This document shows positions 36,967-50,959 of a stretch of 64,000 bases of DNA, one piece after another. The translations under genes and the position numbers were made by a program. The notes beneath the pieces were generated by a model. The model was not told the DNA's origin, ran no database searches, and worked only from the letters and a program-made list of their open reading frames with translations. This DNA comes from Eledone cirrhosa (Eukaryota), in the NCBI GenBank assembly GCA_964016885.1, contig OZ024752.1, positions 10,292,001-10,356,000 on the forward strand, written 5' to 3'. Position 1 is the stretch's first letter, and each line of letters opens with the position of its first letter.

Positions 36967-37411
36967 GACAATGATCAGAAAAGACAACTAGTTCTACCTT
37001 TATGACTTTAAAGTTATTATCCAACCTTCGTTTCTGATACAACAGTTATTACAATGTAGAGACCAACTAAACGGTACATAACACTATAACACATCTAATG
37101 GTGTGTAGTCACACGCTGCTATGAATATGGTAATATCGATGATAATGGTTAGAGTTATGTCCCTCGTGGATTTAGCTCAATTAATAGCAAATGTAGGAAA
37201 TTACGTGTTTATTTAAGCTTGTGATAGAAGTCATTAATATATAACTAAAGACTGTAAAATATCACAGGTTTGTCGCTGACCTATTTTGGGTGATCGTGTA
37301 TCTGATTTTATAGAATAAGAGTACACAGGCAAGAAATATTTATATCTAGGGAAATCAGTGTTAGACATGCACAAGCCCATACAAGACACATGGATACTTA
37401 TACATACATAC

Positions 37412-37615
37412 AGGGAGAAGGAGAGAAAAAGAGAAAAAGGGAAAAAAAGAGAAAAAGAGAAAAAAAGAGAAAAAGAGAAACAGTGAAAAGAGAGAGAGAA
37501 AAAAAGAGAAACAGAAAAAAGAGTGAGTGAGAAAGAGAAAGAGAGTGAGAAAGAGAAAAAGAGTGAGAAAGAGAAAGAGGGAGTGAGAAAGAGAAAGAGG
37601 GAGTGAGAAAGAGGG
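37412..37615. repeat. Polypurine (GA/GAAA) tract
   Basis: Direct inspection. Confidence 0.9.
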
Positions 37616-37660
37616 TCTGTGTGTGTGCATGTTTTATGTATGTATAAGTAAGAATAAGTC

Positions 37661-40600
37661 CAGTAGCGGACTAGGTCTAAAAATACTGGTTGCCAGAGGA
37701 AGGTTGCCCACCTACATATAGAATGAAGGGAGCCCATCTACATATAGAACGAAGGGAGCCCACCTACATATAGAACGAAGGGAACCCACCTACATATAGA
37801 ACGAAGGGAACCCACCTACATATAGAACGAAGGGAGCCCACATCATGTAGAACGAAGAGAGCCCACCTACATATAGAACGAAGAGAGCCCACATCATGTA
37901 GAACGAAGAGAGCCTACCTACATATAGAACGAAGGGAACCCACCTACATATAGAACGAAGGGAACTCACCTACATATAGAACGAAGGGAGCCCACCTACA
38001 TATAGAACGAAGGGAGCCTACCTACATATAGAACGAAGGGAGCCCACCTACATATAGAACGAAGGGAGCCCACCTACATATAGAACGAAGGGAGCCCACC
38101 TACATATAGAACGAAGAGAGCCTACCTACATATAGAACGAAGGGAGCCCACCTACATATAGAACGAAGGGAGCCCACCTACATATAGAACGAAGGGAGCC
38201 CACCTACATATAGAACGAAGGGAGCCCACCTACATATAGAACGAAGGGAGCCCACCTACATATAGAACGAAGGGAGCCCACCTACATATAGAACGAAGGG
38301 AGCCCACCTACATATAGAACGAAGGGAACCCACCTACATATAGAACGAAGGGAACCCACCTACATATAGAACGAAGGGAACCCACCTACATATAGAACGA
38401 AGGGAACCCACCTACATATAGAACGAAGGGAACCCACCTACATATAGAACGAAGGGAGCCTACCTACATATAGAACGTAGAGAGCCTACCTACATATAGA
38501 ACGAAGGGAACCCACCTACATATAGAACGAAGGGAACCCACCTACATATAGAACGAAGGGAACCCACCTACATATAGAACGAAGGGAGCCCACCTACATA
38601 TAGAACGAAGGGAGCCCACCTACATATAGAACGAAGAGAGCCTACCTACATATAGAACGAAGGGAACCCACCTACATATAGAACGAAGGGAACCCACCTA
38701 CATATAGAACGAAGGGAACCCACCTACATATAGAACGAAGGGAGCCTACCTACATATAGAACGTAGAGAGCCTACCTACATATAGAACGAAGGGAACCCA
38801 CCTGCATATAGAAAGAAGGGAACCCACCTACATATAGAACGAAGGGAACCCACCTACATATAGAACGAAGGGAGCCCACCTACATATAGAACGAAGGGAG
38901 CCCACCTACATATAGAACGAAGAGAGCCTACCAACATATAGAACGAAGAGAGCCTACCTACAAATAGAACGAAGAGAGCCGACCTACATATAGAACGAAG
39001 GGAACCCACCTACATATAGAACGAAGGGAGCCTACCTACATATAGAACGTAGAGAGCCTACCTACATATAGAACGAAGGGAACCCACCTGCATATAGAAA
39101 GAAGGGAACCCACCTACATATAGAACGAAGGGAACCCACCTACATATAGAACGAAGGGAGCCCACCTACATATAGAACGAAGGGAGCCCACCTACATATA
39201 GAACGAAGAGAGCCTACCAACATATAGAACGAAGAGAGCCTACCTACAAATAGAACGAAGAGAGCCGACCTACATATAGAACGAAGGGAGAACACCTACA
39301 TATAGAACGAAGGGAGCCCACCTACATATAGAACGAAGAGAGCCTACCTAAATATAGAACGAAGGGAACCCACCTACATATAGAACGAAGAGATCCTACC
39401 AACATATAGAACGAAGAGAGCCTACCTACATATAGAACGAAGAGAGCCGACCTACATATAGAACGAAGGGAGAACACCTACATATAGAACGAAGGGAGCC
39501 CACCTACATATAGAACGAAAAGAGCCTACCTAAATATAGAACGAAGGGAACCCACCTACATATAGAACGAAGAGAGCCTACCAACATATAGAACGAAGAG
39601 AGCCTACCTACATATAGAACGAAGAGAGCCGACCTACATATAGAACGAAGGGAGAACACCTACATATAGAACGAAGGGAGCCCACCTACATATAGAACGA
39701 AAAGAGCCTACCTAAATATAGAACGAAGGGAACCCACCTACATATAGAACGAAGAGAGCCTACCAACATATAGAACGAAGAGAGCCGACCTACATATAGA
39801 ACGAAGAGAGCCGACCTACATATAGAACGAAGGGAGAACACCTACATATAGAACGAAGGGAACCCACCTACATATAGAACGAAGGGAACCCACCTACATA
39901 TAGAACGAAGGAAACCCACCTACATATAGAACGAAGGAAACCCACATCATGTAGAACGAAGGGAGCCTACCTACGTATAGAACGAAGGGAGACCACCTAC
40001 ATATAGAACGAAGGGAGCCCACATCATGTAGAACGAATGGAGCCCACCTACATATAGAACGAAGGGAACCCACCTACATATAGAACGAAGGGAGCCCACA
40101 TCATGTAGAACGAAGAGAGCCCACATCATGTAGAACGAAGAGAGCCCACATCATGTAGAACGAAGGTAGCCCACCTACATATAGAACGAAGGGAACCCAC
40201 CTACATATAGAACGAAGGGAACTCACCTACATATAGAACGAAGGGAGCCCACCTACATATAGAACGAAGGGAGCCTACCTACATATAGAACGAAGGGAGC
40301 CCACCTACATATAGAACGAAGGGAGCCCACCTACATATAGAACGAAGGGAGCCCACCTACATATAGAACGAAGAGAGCCTACCTACATATAGAACGAAGG
40401 GAGCCCACCTACATATAGAACGAAGGGAGCCCACCTACATATAGAACGAAGGGAGCCCACCTACATATAGAACGAAGGGAGCCCACCTACATATAGAACG
40501 AAGGGAGCCCACCTACATATAGAACGAAGGGAGCCCACCTACATATAGAACGAAGGGAACCCACCTACATATAGAACGAAGGGAACCCACCTACATATAG

Positions 40601-42917
40601 AACGAAGGGAACCCACCTACATATAGAACGAAGGGAACCCACCTACATATAGAACGAAGGGAACCCACCTACATATAGAACGAAGGGAGCCTACCTACAT
40701 ATAGAACGTAGAGAGCCTACCTACATATAGAACGAAGGGAACCCACCTACATATAGAACGAAGGGAACCCACCTACATATAGAACGAAGGGAACCCACCT
40801 ACATATAGAACGAAGGGAGCCCACCTACATATAGAACGAAGGGAGCCCACCTACATATAGAACGAAGAGAGCCTACCTACATATAGAACGAAGGGAACCC
40901 ACCTACATATAGAACGAAGGGAACCCACCTACATATAGAACGAAGGGAACCCACCTACATATAGATCGAAGGGAGCCTACCTACATATAGAACGTAGAGA
41001 GCCTACCTACATATAGAACGAAGGGAACCCACCTGCATATAGAAAGAAGGGAACCCACCTACATATAGAACGAAGGGAACCCACCTACATATAGAACGAA
41101 GGGAGCCCACCTACATATAGAACGAAGGGAGCCCACCTACATATAGAACGAAGAGAGCCTACCAACATATAGAACGAAGAGAGCCTACCTACAAATAGAA
41201 CGAAGAGAGCCGACCTACATATAGAACGAAGGGAACCCACCTACATATAGAACGAAGGGAGCCTACCTACATATAGAACGTAGAGAGCCTACCTACATAT
41301 AGAACGAAGGGAACCCACCTGCATATAGAAAGAAGGGAACCCACCTACATATAGAACGAAGGGAACCCACCTACATATAGAACGAAGGGAGCCCACCTAC
41401 ATATAGAACGAAGGGAGCCCACCTACATATAGAACGAAGAGAGCCTACCAACATATAGAACGAAGAGAGCCTACCTACAAATAGAACGAAGAGAGCCGAC
41501 CTACATATAGAACGAAGGGAGAACACCTACATATAGAACGAAGGGAGCCCACCTACATATAGAACGAAAAGAGCCTACCTAAATATAGAACGAAGGGAAC
41601 CCACCTACATATAGAACGAAGAGAGCCTACCAACATATAGAACGAAGAGAGCCTACCTACATATAGAACGAAGAGAGCCGACCTACATATAGAACGAAGG
41701 GAGAACACCTACATATAGAACGAAGGGAGCCCACCTACATATAGAACGAAAAGAGCCTACCTAAATATAGAACGAAGGGAACCCACCTACATATAGAAAC
41801 GAAGAGAGCCTACCAACATATAGAACGAAGAGAGCCTACCTACATATAGAACGAAGAGAGCCGACCTACATATAGAACGAAGGGAGAACACCTACATATA
41901 GAACGAAGGGAGCCCACCTACATATAGAACGAAAAGAGCCTACCTAAATATAGAACGAAGGGAACCCACCTACATATAGAACGAAGAGAGCCTACCAACA
42001 TATAGAACGAAGAGAGCCGACCTACATATAGAACGAAGAGAGCCGACCTACATATAGAACGAAGGGAGAACACCTACATATAGAACGAAGGGAACCCACC
42101 TACATATAGAACGAAGGGAACCCACCTACATATAGAACGAAGGAAACCCACCTACATATAGAACGAAGGAAACCCACATCATGTAGAACGAAGGGAGCCT
42201 ACCTACGTATAGAACGAAGGGAGCCCACCTACATATAGAACGAAGGGAGCCCACATCATGTAGAACGAATGGAGCCCACCTACATATAGAACGAAGGGAA
42301 CCCACCTACATATAGAACGAAGGGAACCCACATCATGTAGAACGAAGGGAGCCTACCTACGTATAGAACGAAGGGAGCCCACCTACATATAGAACGAAGG
42401 GAGCCCACATCATGTAGAACGAATGGAGCCCACCTACATATAGAACGAAGGGAACCCACCTACATATAGAACGAAGGGAACCCACCTACATATAGAACGA
42501 AGGAAACCCACATCATGTAGAACGAAGGGAGCCCATCTACATATAGAACGAAGGGACCCTACCTACATATAGAACGAAGGGAGCCCACCTAGATATAGAA
42601 CGAAGGGAGCCCACCTAGATATAGAACGAAGGGAGCCCACCTAGATATAGAACGAAGGGAGCCCACATACATGTAGAACGAAGGGAGCCCACATACATGT
42701 AGAACGAAGGGAGCCCACATACATGTAGAACGAAGGGAGCCCACATACATGTAGAACGAATGGAGCCCACCTAGATCCTGGTCTGAAGTTCGATCCTGGT
42801 CGGCAATCGGTTTCCCAGTAAACCTTTTCATTTTTTTTTCTATGGTTTGTAAAATAAAAACGTGACCATGATTGAACCTGAGGCCAGGATCTCACCGTCT
42901 CTAGTACCTACCGCTAG
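37661..42917 (+). mobile_element. Putative DNA-transposon-like host element containing the minisatellite
   Basis: Left end CAGTAGCGGACTAG; right end CTAGT(accta)CCGCTA is its interrupted reverse complement. The left flank recurs at 44140-44197. No TSD is seen. Confidence 0.5.
37707..42775 (+). repeat. 26-bp minisatellite (cccacctacatatagaacgaagggag), ~195 units, with higher-order structure
   Basis: Direct inspection. Variant units recur at 182-bp, 286-bp and ~2257-bp periods. Confidence 0.98.
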
Positions 42918-43287
42918 GCGACAGAGACAACTACGAAAATCTACTGAAAATTCATACTTATAAAACTACTTTCAAAATTTTCTAAACAAAATGTTGTGGT
43001 GTCATTCATGCCTTTCTTAATGTTATTGCTCCTACTTAAGGTCGACTTCTAAATCATTTGGGTGTTCCATAAACTAATCCTCGTTTTGTTTCTCATCTAT
43101 CTAGACTACATTTTAAACTATAATCCATGTTTCATTTCTGTTCCACCTCATTCTCCTCCACCCCTCTCCCCCTCTGATATTTCAATATACGACGATTGAT
43201 TTGGGCTTACATTATTCCTACATGTATGTTTTTGCATGTCAGTTAGATTCAAACTGGCAATGATTGGCATTATTTATACATATATAA

Positions 43288-43476
43288 GGGTGGTGAATTG
43301 GCAGTATCGGTAGAGGGTTGGACGCCATGCTTTCTAGCATAGTTACGTCCCTTTACGATCTGAGTTCAAATCCCACCGAGGTTGACTTTGCCTCTCATCC
43401 TTACGGGGTCGATAAAATAAAGTACCAGTAATGTACTGGGTAATTGCTGGGCTTGTGCCTAAAGTAGAAACAATTA
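43288..43476 (+). mobile_element. SINE family A with 18-bp TSD
   Basis: attatttatacatatata at 43269 and 43473. Confidence 0.93.
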
Positions 43477-43501
43477 TTTATACATATATATACACATATA
43501 C

Positions 43502-43540
<39 letters not shown>

Positions 43541-43541
<1 letters not shown>

Positions 43542-44110
43542 GTCACGTGTGGGACGCATCCAGTTGTCAGCCGAGCCCATCGTGAGGATCACCCCTTCGC
43601 CTTCATTTAAGAAGGAAGGAGAGGCGGGTTTCCGCTGTCTGGTGGCTATGGCGAAAGAGGTAATATGGTGGACGAAGTTAAAAGGACTGAGGGCAAATAC
43701 CTTTCTCTCCGGACAACTTATCCCCTTCTTTAAGTATCACTTCAGAAGGAAGGTGATAGTGGAGAGAGAGGTGCTACACCCCAGTAAATTCGCTGAAAGG
43801 TGGGTGAATGTGGCAAAAATGGCCCGGGTGAATGGGCCTTCTCTGTGTATAAACCTGTAGGTTGAGGAAGATAAACAGAGGGAAGACAGGAACACCTACA
43901 AAATGTGTTCCGGGTGTTGAGGGTTGTTCTATCCACGGGGTGTAAAACAACCCTGCACTAACGTTCCCCACATTGGGGATTTCAATTGTTATTTTATTAT
44001 ATATAGTTTATTGATATTTATTAATATTAAAGTTATTTTTATGTAAAACCCCCGCCGTCACGTCTTGTAATGTCCCATTTTTGTACGCCCCTGTGGCAAA
44101 TAAAGAAATA
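43541..44110 (+). mobile_element. Tx1/L1-clade LINE 3' end, 5' truncated, inserted in (TATC)n
   Basis: Open frame LSRVGRIQLSAE...LVAMAKEVIWWTKLK...FKYHFRRKVIVERE...FAERW* resembles the Tx1 ORF2 C-terminus. The 3' UTR ends in AATAAA, and tatctatc lies on both sides. Confidence 0.7.
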
Positions 44111-44139
44111 TATCTATCTCTCTCTCTATATATATAGAG

Positions 44140-44197
44140 AGTGGCGGACTAAAAATATTGGTTGCCAGATGAAGGAGGCCCACCTACATATAGAATG
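44140..44197 (+). repeat. Unexpanded copy of the minisatellite host's left end (single unit)
   Basis: agtggcggactaaaaatattggttgccagatgaaggaggcccacctacatatagaatg versus 37662 agtagcggactaggtctaaaaatactggttgccagaggaaggttgcccacctacatatagaatg. Confidence 0.9.
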
Positions 44198-44464
44198 CTA
44201 TCGTTTAATTTGTATAATGAATAAATAACATTTAAAAAAAATACATGTGGAAACAAAACGGTTAAACCACTGGGAGTGAAGGACCCCTAGCCTTTGTCAG
44301 GGCATTTAACCGCGCGCTCGGATATCCAGCCCAATTATTTCTATGTCACCGCGCATATACATACACACATGCATAAACATACATATGTACGTGTTTATAT
44401 ACATATTCACACGCTTTTGAATGGCCGTTGAATCTTATGAGTTCTTCCACCCTTTATCTGCGTG

Positions 44465-44506
<42 letters not shown>

Positions 44507-44713
44507 CATACACCAATGAGTTGAGTCTATGTAAATTCTTGCAAAACATTACATTTACAAATATTGTAATATGTAGATGTCTGCTGTTGATAAACCTAAC
44601 TATGAATTATCTTGGTTATCTTAAAAAGGAAGTTAGGACTAAAGTGATTTTATTTAGCTCAATGGTGTATGTAATACACTAGGCATACCGCATGCAGACA
44701 CAGACAAACACAC

Positions 44714-44747
<34 letters not shown>

Positions 44748-44784
44748 CTATATATATCTCTATATATATATATAGATATATATC

Positions 44785-44817
<33 letters not shown>

Positions 44818-44898
44818 CTATATAAATATATATATATATGTGTATGTATATATATCTATATTAATATAATAAATGTAATCTGAGTTTATTCGAATATT

Positions 44899-45078
44899 AA
44901 TAATTGTTTCTGCTTTAGGCACAAGGCCAGCAATTACTCAGTACATTACTTCATTTTATCGACTCCATAAGGATGATAGGCAAAGTTAACCTCGACGGGA
45001 TTTGAACTCAGACCGTAAAGGGACGTAACTATGCTAGAAAACACGGCATCCAACCCTCTACCGATACTGCTAATTAAG
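44899..45078 (-). mobile_element. SINE family A
   Basis: Reverse-complement copy. Confidence 0.9.
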
Positions 45079-45184
45079 CGTCGTTTGCAATTATGCAAAC
45101 ATTCTCTTTTTTAAAGCCATAACAGTAGAATGAGCCCTTCATTCTTGTTCTTGTGTTGGCATACACCTACATATGTTTCTGCAT

Positions 45185-45470
45185 GTGTATATATAATAAT
45201 ATATGTATGTATATATTTATTAATATATGTATGTGTATATTTATTTATATAAACGTATGTGTGTATATGTATTAATATATATAAATGTGTATGTATGTGT
45301 TTATTTATTAATATATATAAATGTGTATGTATGTGTATATTTATTAATATATATATAAATGTATGTGTGTATATGTATTAATATATCTAAATGTGTATGT
45401 AAGTGTATATTTATTAATATATATATAAATGTATGTGTGTATATGTATTAATATATATAAATGTGTATGT
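45185..45470. repeat. AT-rich ~30-35 bp minisatellite
   Basis: ttaatatatataaatgt(g/a)tatgt... repeated. Confidence 0.85.
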
Positions 45471-46658
45471 ACACGTGTGTCTACTATCGGAAACTGAAAC
45501 TGAACAAAATGTCGCAATCTTTGAGTATGAATTATAGATTGTATTGAGATAATTTAGATAAATACGGAAGATTAAGTTACAGGACCATTGGAGTGTTGCT
45601 TCTAACATTGATTGAAGCCGAAGATCTGTGACTGTATGTTTTAAGGAACCATTGTTACATGGTTATGTACAGTGGATGTACATTATTCAGAAATAAATGC
45701 AAATAGAATATTTGATTCAGTATTTTAAACTAATTTATTTCTACGCATTTCATTAAGAATATCATTGCTATGTAAATTCTTAAACAAAACGTAAATCCTT
45801 TGAAGGCATACCAGCTTTGGAGATATTATCATATTCTAGTTACATTCAGAATATTGTTCCTGTATTCATGATTAAAGCGATGTAAAATGAACATCAGAGC
45901 TTTTTATTAATTTGTACCTTGCAGAAGTTATTTGTACTTGAAAATATAATTGATACATTGATGTTTCGAATATCAATAGATGGAATATTTCTTCATTTTA
46001 ATCATCACTACCTATTATAATTCGTCTCTATGACAATGATGTCAATGTCGCCGTTTTAATTATCTATACACTGATGCTAAAATTCATCTTGAATGTAACG
46101 TATCAGCTATTTATATCATAGTAATTGCTTATTTTCATTGCTTTCAATCTTATCAGAATTCCGCGCGTCGCTCATCATAGCCGTGCCGTTTGTCTTACTC
46201 TACTTATTACCAACATATCACCATTTTATTCTGCACTAAAATCATGTGCTCGCTTCTTTTGATTTCATAAGCAAAGCCATTGAAACCGCCTACAGAGAAT
46301 GGCTTATCTTTGAGATTCTCAACACACCATTTTGCATCAGATAAATAAAATCAATCATTTTTCGCCTTTTGTAAATTGGCACGAAAGTATGATGTATGAA
46401 GTGGAACATATTAAAGTGGTATGTTACTTGAAATATGAGCGAAATGGTACTATAATGAAGCGCGGTCGTGTTTTATTACTTTATCATGGTACACTTCAAG
46501 GTAATGCATACATGTAACTCATAAGTTGTAATTTACATCAGAATTAGTAGTCTCAACCAGAACTGTACAGTAGAACATAGCATGGTTAATATAATTTCTT
46601 TCCCTACATTCGTTCCAACTCTCCTGAATCTCTATACATCTCGGTACCTCATTTATAT

Positions 46659-46659
<1 letters not shown>

Positions 46660-46708
<49 letters not shown>

Positions 46709-46812
46709 GAGAGAAATGAACACTTTAACACACACACATATATATACACATATACACATGCATATATATATATACACACACATACCTATACAACCACACA
46801 TATATATATATA

Positions 46813-46887
<75 letters not shown>

Positions 46888-46895
46888 GTGTGTGT
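46660..46895. repeat. (TA)n/(CA)n microsatellite
   Basis: Direct inspection. Confidence 0.95.
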
Positions 46896-47184
46896 TGTGT
46901 AGATGCACTAACACACAACTGGCAGGAGAGCAATCATTTAAGAGATTAAGACATAAATAAATCATAGCGAATTGTAAACGTCGTGTTGACAACATTTATA
47001 TAGAAAAATTAGGACAACGTTTGTAGAGTGGAAGGAGAAGAGATCCAAAGTTTCTGGTGAGACTTTTCATGACAGAGATAGAAAGGATAGGAAAAGATAT
47101 AGGAATAATTAGAGGCAGTATACCAAGTTGTGGAGATGTGTAAATGGTTACACCATATGCTGCATATAGTCAGATATATGCAAC

Positions 47185-47392
47185 ACTCCGTCTGTGATGA
47201 AGATGTGCGTTCTAATTGATACAATCAACAAAACAGCCTGCTCGTGGAATTAACATGCAGGGGGCTAAGCGTTCCACAAACACGTGTACCTGTAATGTAG
47301 TTCCCAGGGAGATTCAGCGTGACACAGTGTGTGTGACAAGGCCGGCTCTTCGAATTACAAGTACAACTCATTTTTGCCAGCAGAATGGACAC
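47185..47392 (-). mobile_element. SINE family B partial copy
   Basis: aacagcctgctcgtggaattaacatgca...gattcagcgtgacacag...actcatttttgccagc matches 7975-8130. Confidence 0.8.
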
Positions 47393-47408
47393 AGCCACAC
47401 ACACACAT

Positions 47409-47506
<98 letters not shown>

Positions 47507-47634
47507 CACATGAATCAAAGTTCTGTTCAAACCATTTATTAGCTTACAATTGTTTCATCCAAACCGAGGTTTGGACTCTTCGGAGCAATTTTTCAATGTT
47601 TGTTTACATACATAACCATAACTAGTATCCTTAA

Positions 47635-47688
<54 letters not shown>

Positions 47689-48044
47689 TTCTCAACAAGG
47701 AATAATGAAAAAAACTTACTTCGACATTTAATTTTAAATCTTTAATTTTTAGTTTTTAATTCTTATTAATTCTCTTTAATTGTAATACTCAACATTTGAT
47801 GAGACGAATTTTACTGTTGCATCGAAAGTGGCAATACTTTATATATTAGTAGACAAAATAAGATGCTGAGGTTACATAGATCGTTTAATCATAATAATTT
47901 CCACGCTTCTCCATGCAATCGAGATGTCCTTCAAGCATTTATGAGAATGGGAACCTCAGATAATATCCGATATGTATGATATGCTGCCGTCAGGAAAAGA
48001 ACACCCGTCCTATTGCTTGTGTGGAGAGCAGACATGATATATAT

Positions 48045-48420
48045 ATATAACAGATTAATGTTTAAGCAAAAATCGCGGATTTCGCCCTTAACGGGATCTT
48101 CTGGAACTAAAAAAAGGAAAAAAGAAATCACACTGTCGACGCAGAAGTAAATATTTCGAAAAACCTTGCAATCGAAGGTTTATGGCCAGGTAACGTCTTC
48201 ACGAACCAAAGTATCGTCTTCCTGCTTTCCTTCGGTTGCAACGGTTTCCGAAATATTTACTTCTGCTTCCACAGATCGCTTTTTTTTTAGTTCCAGAAGA
48301 TCCCATTAAGGGTGAAAGCAGCGATTCTTTGCTTAAACTTTAATCTGTTATTTTAAATACTTGCCCTCCGGTATATATATATCCTTATATCACCCTCTTC
48401 AGACTTTAGTCTTCACATTT
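48045..48420. mobile_element. Repeat family C, two copies in inverted arrangement
   Basis: 48045-48175 (minus) and 48186-48358 (plus) are reverse complements. Confidence 0.8.
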
Positions 48421-48434
48421 ATTATTATTATTAT

Positions 48435-48497
<63 letters not shown>

Positions 48498-49784
48498 CAC
48501 ACACATACACTACCATTATCTCGTCGTCTTTCGATTCTGATCTGTGTATTTATTATTACTATATAATTTGCTTTTATTTATATACATATTTTCACGTTGT
48601 AGTTATGATGTAAATCTTAAATAAAGAACACATTATCCAGGGGAGCCGCTTCTAAAAGCTAGAAATTTGAATAAACAATTTTCATAACTTAATTTTTATT
48701 GCAAGATATCTGCATGTGAAGGTTTCAAATTTTGCGACGAAGTAATAACTCTGAAAAAAAAAACCAAAACAAATAGTTATTCTGTATACTGTAATTTGCA
48801 TGAACTAAATTTTAACTCAATATACTCTTATCAACAATTCAAGCTCTACCACAAAATATATTGCTAGATAAAAAGATTAGAGGAACAATAAAAAAAAAAT
48901 CAACTACAGCTAATTCAGACGGGATTTTCAAATTGTTTTCCTCTATTTACTTCCAATATATGAACATAATGAGCTATTTGAAAGATAATAAAGTCTATAA
49001 CATAAATTATGGGAAATATATATTTCTTTTCCGCGCTCGTGAGTATTATATTATATACAGTACTGCAGTAATTCTTTGTGTTGCAAAGTGAAATTTGTTA
49101 ATACCAGCTTCAAATGTATTTTTATTCACGCAGTAAAATAACGATGGAATAAATAACGGATACATTGTAAATATGATAAACTATTTCATAATTTTATCGC
49201 TTACGTTCATGAAAATGTTACATATTAAAATTTTATATAATGTAAATGTATATGTAAGTGAAAGAAAGAAAGCGCTAGAATCTTTTCACCATCTGATGAA
49301 GTTTTTTGTAGTATTCTGTCTCACTCTCTGCTAACTGAGGCAAATCCCGGAGGGTGACGTTGGCTTTCATACTATTTCCACTGCCCTAACTATTTTGATC
49401 TCTCCAAACATCTACTCCTATATTTATCATTCTCTCTATCCCCCCCTCTCTATATTTACTGAAGGCTATCTAACGTGTATCTAAATCATTTAGATATATA
49501 AATATATATTAGTTATACATTGGGAGGGTCATACTGCCAATACAAACACACGCACCTCTTCCACTCAATTTATTATAAATTTCCGGTTGATTGGTTCGAT
49601 AACTAGAAGGCTATTTAGGATCTCTCTAACCCGCTACTCCTCCCCCTACTCTTTCCTCTCTCGTTATATCTCTCAGTGTCTAAGAAATTAGCTGTGATCA
49701 GACATGGAGAGAAATTGACCCCGCTTAGTTCAAATCTGATCCCTAATCGTTGAAAATAGACAATTATTATGAGTCCATGTATAG

Positions 49785-49830
<46 letters not shown>

Positions 49831-49898
49831 CCATGTTTATTTTATTTATACTAGCAGATGGCCCGGTGATGCTCGGGATTTGCTCCAGGGTTCTTATA

Positions 49899-50896
49899 TC
49901 TCTATATATAAAACTGTGGTTGTCTGTCTGTCTATCGATTTTTGGCACACATCTCCTCTTAGAATCTCTCACGGAATTGCACCGAAATTGCTATACTTGT
50001 ACATTGAGCCCTAGCGAAGACATCGGAAAAAAAATATTTCAAATTGACCCACCCTATGTGACGAAATCGAATATAATGTATCGATTTTTGAGCGTAAGTT
50101 ATCAGTTATTTCCCTTTGTTCTGTTTACATTGAGCGTCTTACGTAAAAAATTACGCTGGCTTTCTCAGCGTTTAAAATGACATTAACACAATACACGAAC
50201 AGTTCGAACACTAAGCTTCCGTTTTGCTTCATTTCCATTTAAAAGCATTTTAAAACAATATTTTTACTTGAAAACAAGTCTATTTAAAGACTACGTAAAA
50301 CAAGCAAATATTTCGTCGATAGGCGTGCAGACAGACAGTCGTGCAGACAGACAGTCGTGCAGACAGATAGTCGTGCAGAGAGGTGATATACGCGTGCAGA
50401 CAGATAGTCGTGCAGAGAGGTGATATAGGCGTGCAGACAGACAGTCGTGCAGAGAGGTGATATACGCGTGCAGACAGACAGTCGTGCAGAGAGGTGATAT
50501 AGGCGTGCAGACAGACAGTCGTGCAGAGAGGTGATATAGGCGTGCAGACAGACAGTCGTGCAGAGAGGTGATATAGGCGTGCAGACAGACATAACTGATA
50601 ATTTGGTTACGCTAATGTTTTTCTCTGCGTTGCAGTGTTTACATTTTCGATCTTTGTTAATAAATAACCAGTGCAGTTTCTATCCCCAGCATCCTCTTTT
50701 GTTATAACATTCGGGTTATCGTTATGTTTTCTTAACTTCATAAGGCATATTGTTGGTTGAGGGAATATTAATCAAAAACACCACATGCAAGTCTGCACAG
50801 TAGACACTACAGTTTTTAAGCCAAGAAAGAAACTTAACATTTTAACTTTAACACAGCTGCTGAGCGACCCCGAGCAACGCCGGGCTTTACTGCTAG
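49899..50896 (+). mobile_element. Non-autonomous Helitron with internal 37-bp tandem repeat
   Basis: A|TCTCTATATATAAAA...cccgagcaacgccggg...CTAG|T. About six 37-bp units (gcgtgcagacagacagtcgtgcagagaggtgatata) lie at 50320-50592. Confidence 0.88.
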
Positions 50897-50959
50897 TATT
50901 TGTTATATATTTATCCTTATCGAACCTCGTTAAATAAATACGTTAGTTTATATTTTGTT

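Noticed and set aside
37707-42775. CRISPR array or heat-shock-element cluster
   Set aside because: Units are contiguous with no unique spacers and there are no cas genes. The GAA motifs are direct repeats, not the alternating nGAAn/nTTCn pattern.
43541-44098. Solo LTR (TGTCAC...GTGGCA)
   Set aside because: There is no matching 4-6-bp TSD, and a LINE-like ORF end, 3' UTR and AATAAA explain it better.
48380-48420. CTGAAGAGGG motif (also ~58786, ~62738) as a second ribozyme in family C
   Set aside because: The repeat is real, but GAAA and helix III could not be placed consistently.
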